A stretch of 64,000 nucleotides of DNA from NCBI GenBank assembly GCA_965645245.1, contig OZ287083.1:620001-684000 (forward strand), in the 5' to 3' direction. Position 1 is the first letter of the stretch, and each line of letters opens with the position of its first letter. This DNA is from Massalongia carnosa. Lineage: Eukaryota. The notes beneath the pieces are model-generated. The model saw only the letters and a program-made list of their open reading frames with translations, ran no database searches and was not told where the DNA came from. The translations under genes and the position numbers were made by a program. Shown one piece after another: positions 62,999 through 64,000 of this stretch.

Positions 62999-64000
62999 TT
63001 AATCAACAAACATACCGCCTGAGGGTTCCAGCGTACTTGCTGGAAGGGTGGGGCTTTCAGGTGCTTCACTGGTTTCGTTTGTAGGCGCGAGTCCAAGTTC
63101 AACATCCTTTTCATGATCGTCAAGGGGTACCGTTTCACTTATGTAATGTCGATTGTACTTCATCGAGCTCTCACCCAAGCGAGCGAGGCCTTCCATATAA
63201 AGGTTAACTGTCGGATTCATCGAAAATCGATCCCCATTGACCTCAACGAGCGACTTAGAGGCCAGTTGCAAAGCCATACTCCATATGTCCTCGGCGGCGG
63301 ATTTTGAAGAATTAGCCCTTCCGAACGTAAATTCGACCGCGGCTTTAACTTCCAGTAAATAAGGCCCGTTCATTGCCCAGTCTTCCAGTAACTTATCGCT
63401 ATTCTTCGAAAAATAAGATCGTTCTCGCTGAAATGTCTTAAGATTATTGTTTAATAATTCCAAAAGCCGATCGGTTTCAAAATTTGAATCCTCGTTGTCT
63501 CCTAGATTGACTAAACTGTTAGCCAAAATTGCATCTTGCAGCTCCAGGGTCGCAGCCGGTGAATCGGTCATGTGAAGAACCCGTAGCAACGCCTGCGCGT
63601 AATTGGGAGTTCCAGCTGACTCTGCTTGAAACATCATCGTCACCTGACGCAGGGCCCGTCGAAGCAGTCCAATATCCGCATGTTTGATGGCATATCGAAG
63701 AGTCAAATACAGTTCCACATGGGGGCAAAAATTCTGATGATTACGAAATTCTTGATCGAGCGCTGGCGCTGAGAATAAGTGGACTCGTCTCGGTGAACAT
63801 CGCAACAGGCGCGCTGAATGAGATCTAGCCATCGTGGCGCCTTACTCGTGATAACCGCCGCGGCGCCCTTGAAGCTATTTAAGGTGCCCAGCTCGTCGGT
63901 CTCCGAAGGCGGGTGAAAAACCCCAAAGGCGGCCGTAGCAATCAGTGCATTGAGCTCCGCTCGAAGGGCCTGCACGACCCAAGTCCAACCCTGTTCATGA
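62999..64000 (-). pseudogene. DUF6589-like (Academ-type transposase-related) gene with internal deletion and frameshift; 5' end lies outside the window
   Basis: C-terminal half DQEFRNHQNF...YLTLRYAIKHADIGLLRRAL...NYAQALL...ILANSLVN...FETDRLLELLN. The N-terminal piece (LRAELNAL...APRWLDL) is in a different frame and joins near 63765. Confidence 0.7.

Larger units (their letters stand above)
62562..64000. mobile_element. Putative AcademH-like DNA transposon, deletion derivative (ends not defined)
   Basis: Oppositely oriented RecQ-like helicase and DUF6589-like genes, both internally deleted, preceded by an AT-rich non-coding stretch. Confidence 0.55.

Noticed and set aside
1..64000. Secondary-metabolite cluster or Starship element
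   Set aside because: No PKS, NRPS, terpene synthase or tyrosine-recombinase captain gene was recognised.

Overview
Eukaryotic, intron-rich genomic DNA from a filamentous ascomycete (Pezizomycotina-type GT-AG introns with CTRAC branch points). Left part (2-18.4 kb): four predicted secreted proteins in a row, namely an M28 aminopeptidase Y, a large beta-propeller/Ig-like/2xWSC protein, a 2xLysM effector-like protein and a hybrid-B-type heme peroxidase. Middle: a Rox1/Rfg1-like HMG-box factor and a cyclin, then two adjacent DNA transposons (a frameshifted hAT and an intact Tc1/mariner-type DD38E element) upstream of a SNF2 helicase. Right part: housekeeping genes (Ssn6/Cyc8, RPL3, a NuiA-like protein, KRE6/SKN1, DSC3, an ADAM metalloprotease, acetyl-CoA synthetase). 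The window ends in an internally deleted RecQ-helicase plus DUF6589 pair resembling an AcademH transposon. The most unusual signal is the Tc1-like element: perfect 46-bp TIRs with CAC...GTG termini, no flanking TA, and a 5-bp direct repeat (AACGG) on both sides. A TACRGAGTA motif is also strongly enriched in intergenic DNA. No tRNA, rRNA or CRISPR array was recognised. All family assignments come from motif recognition by eye; no searches were run.
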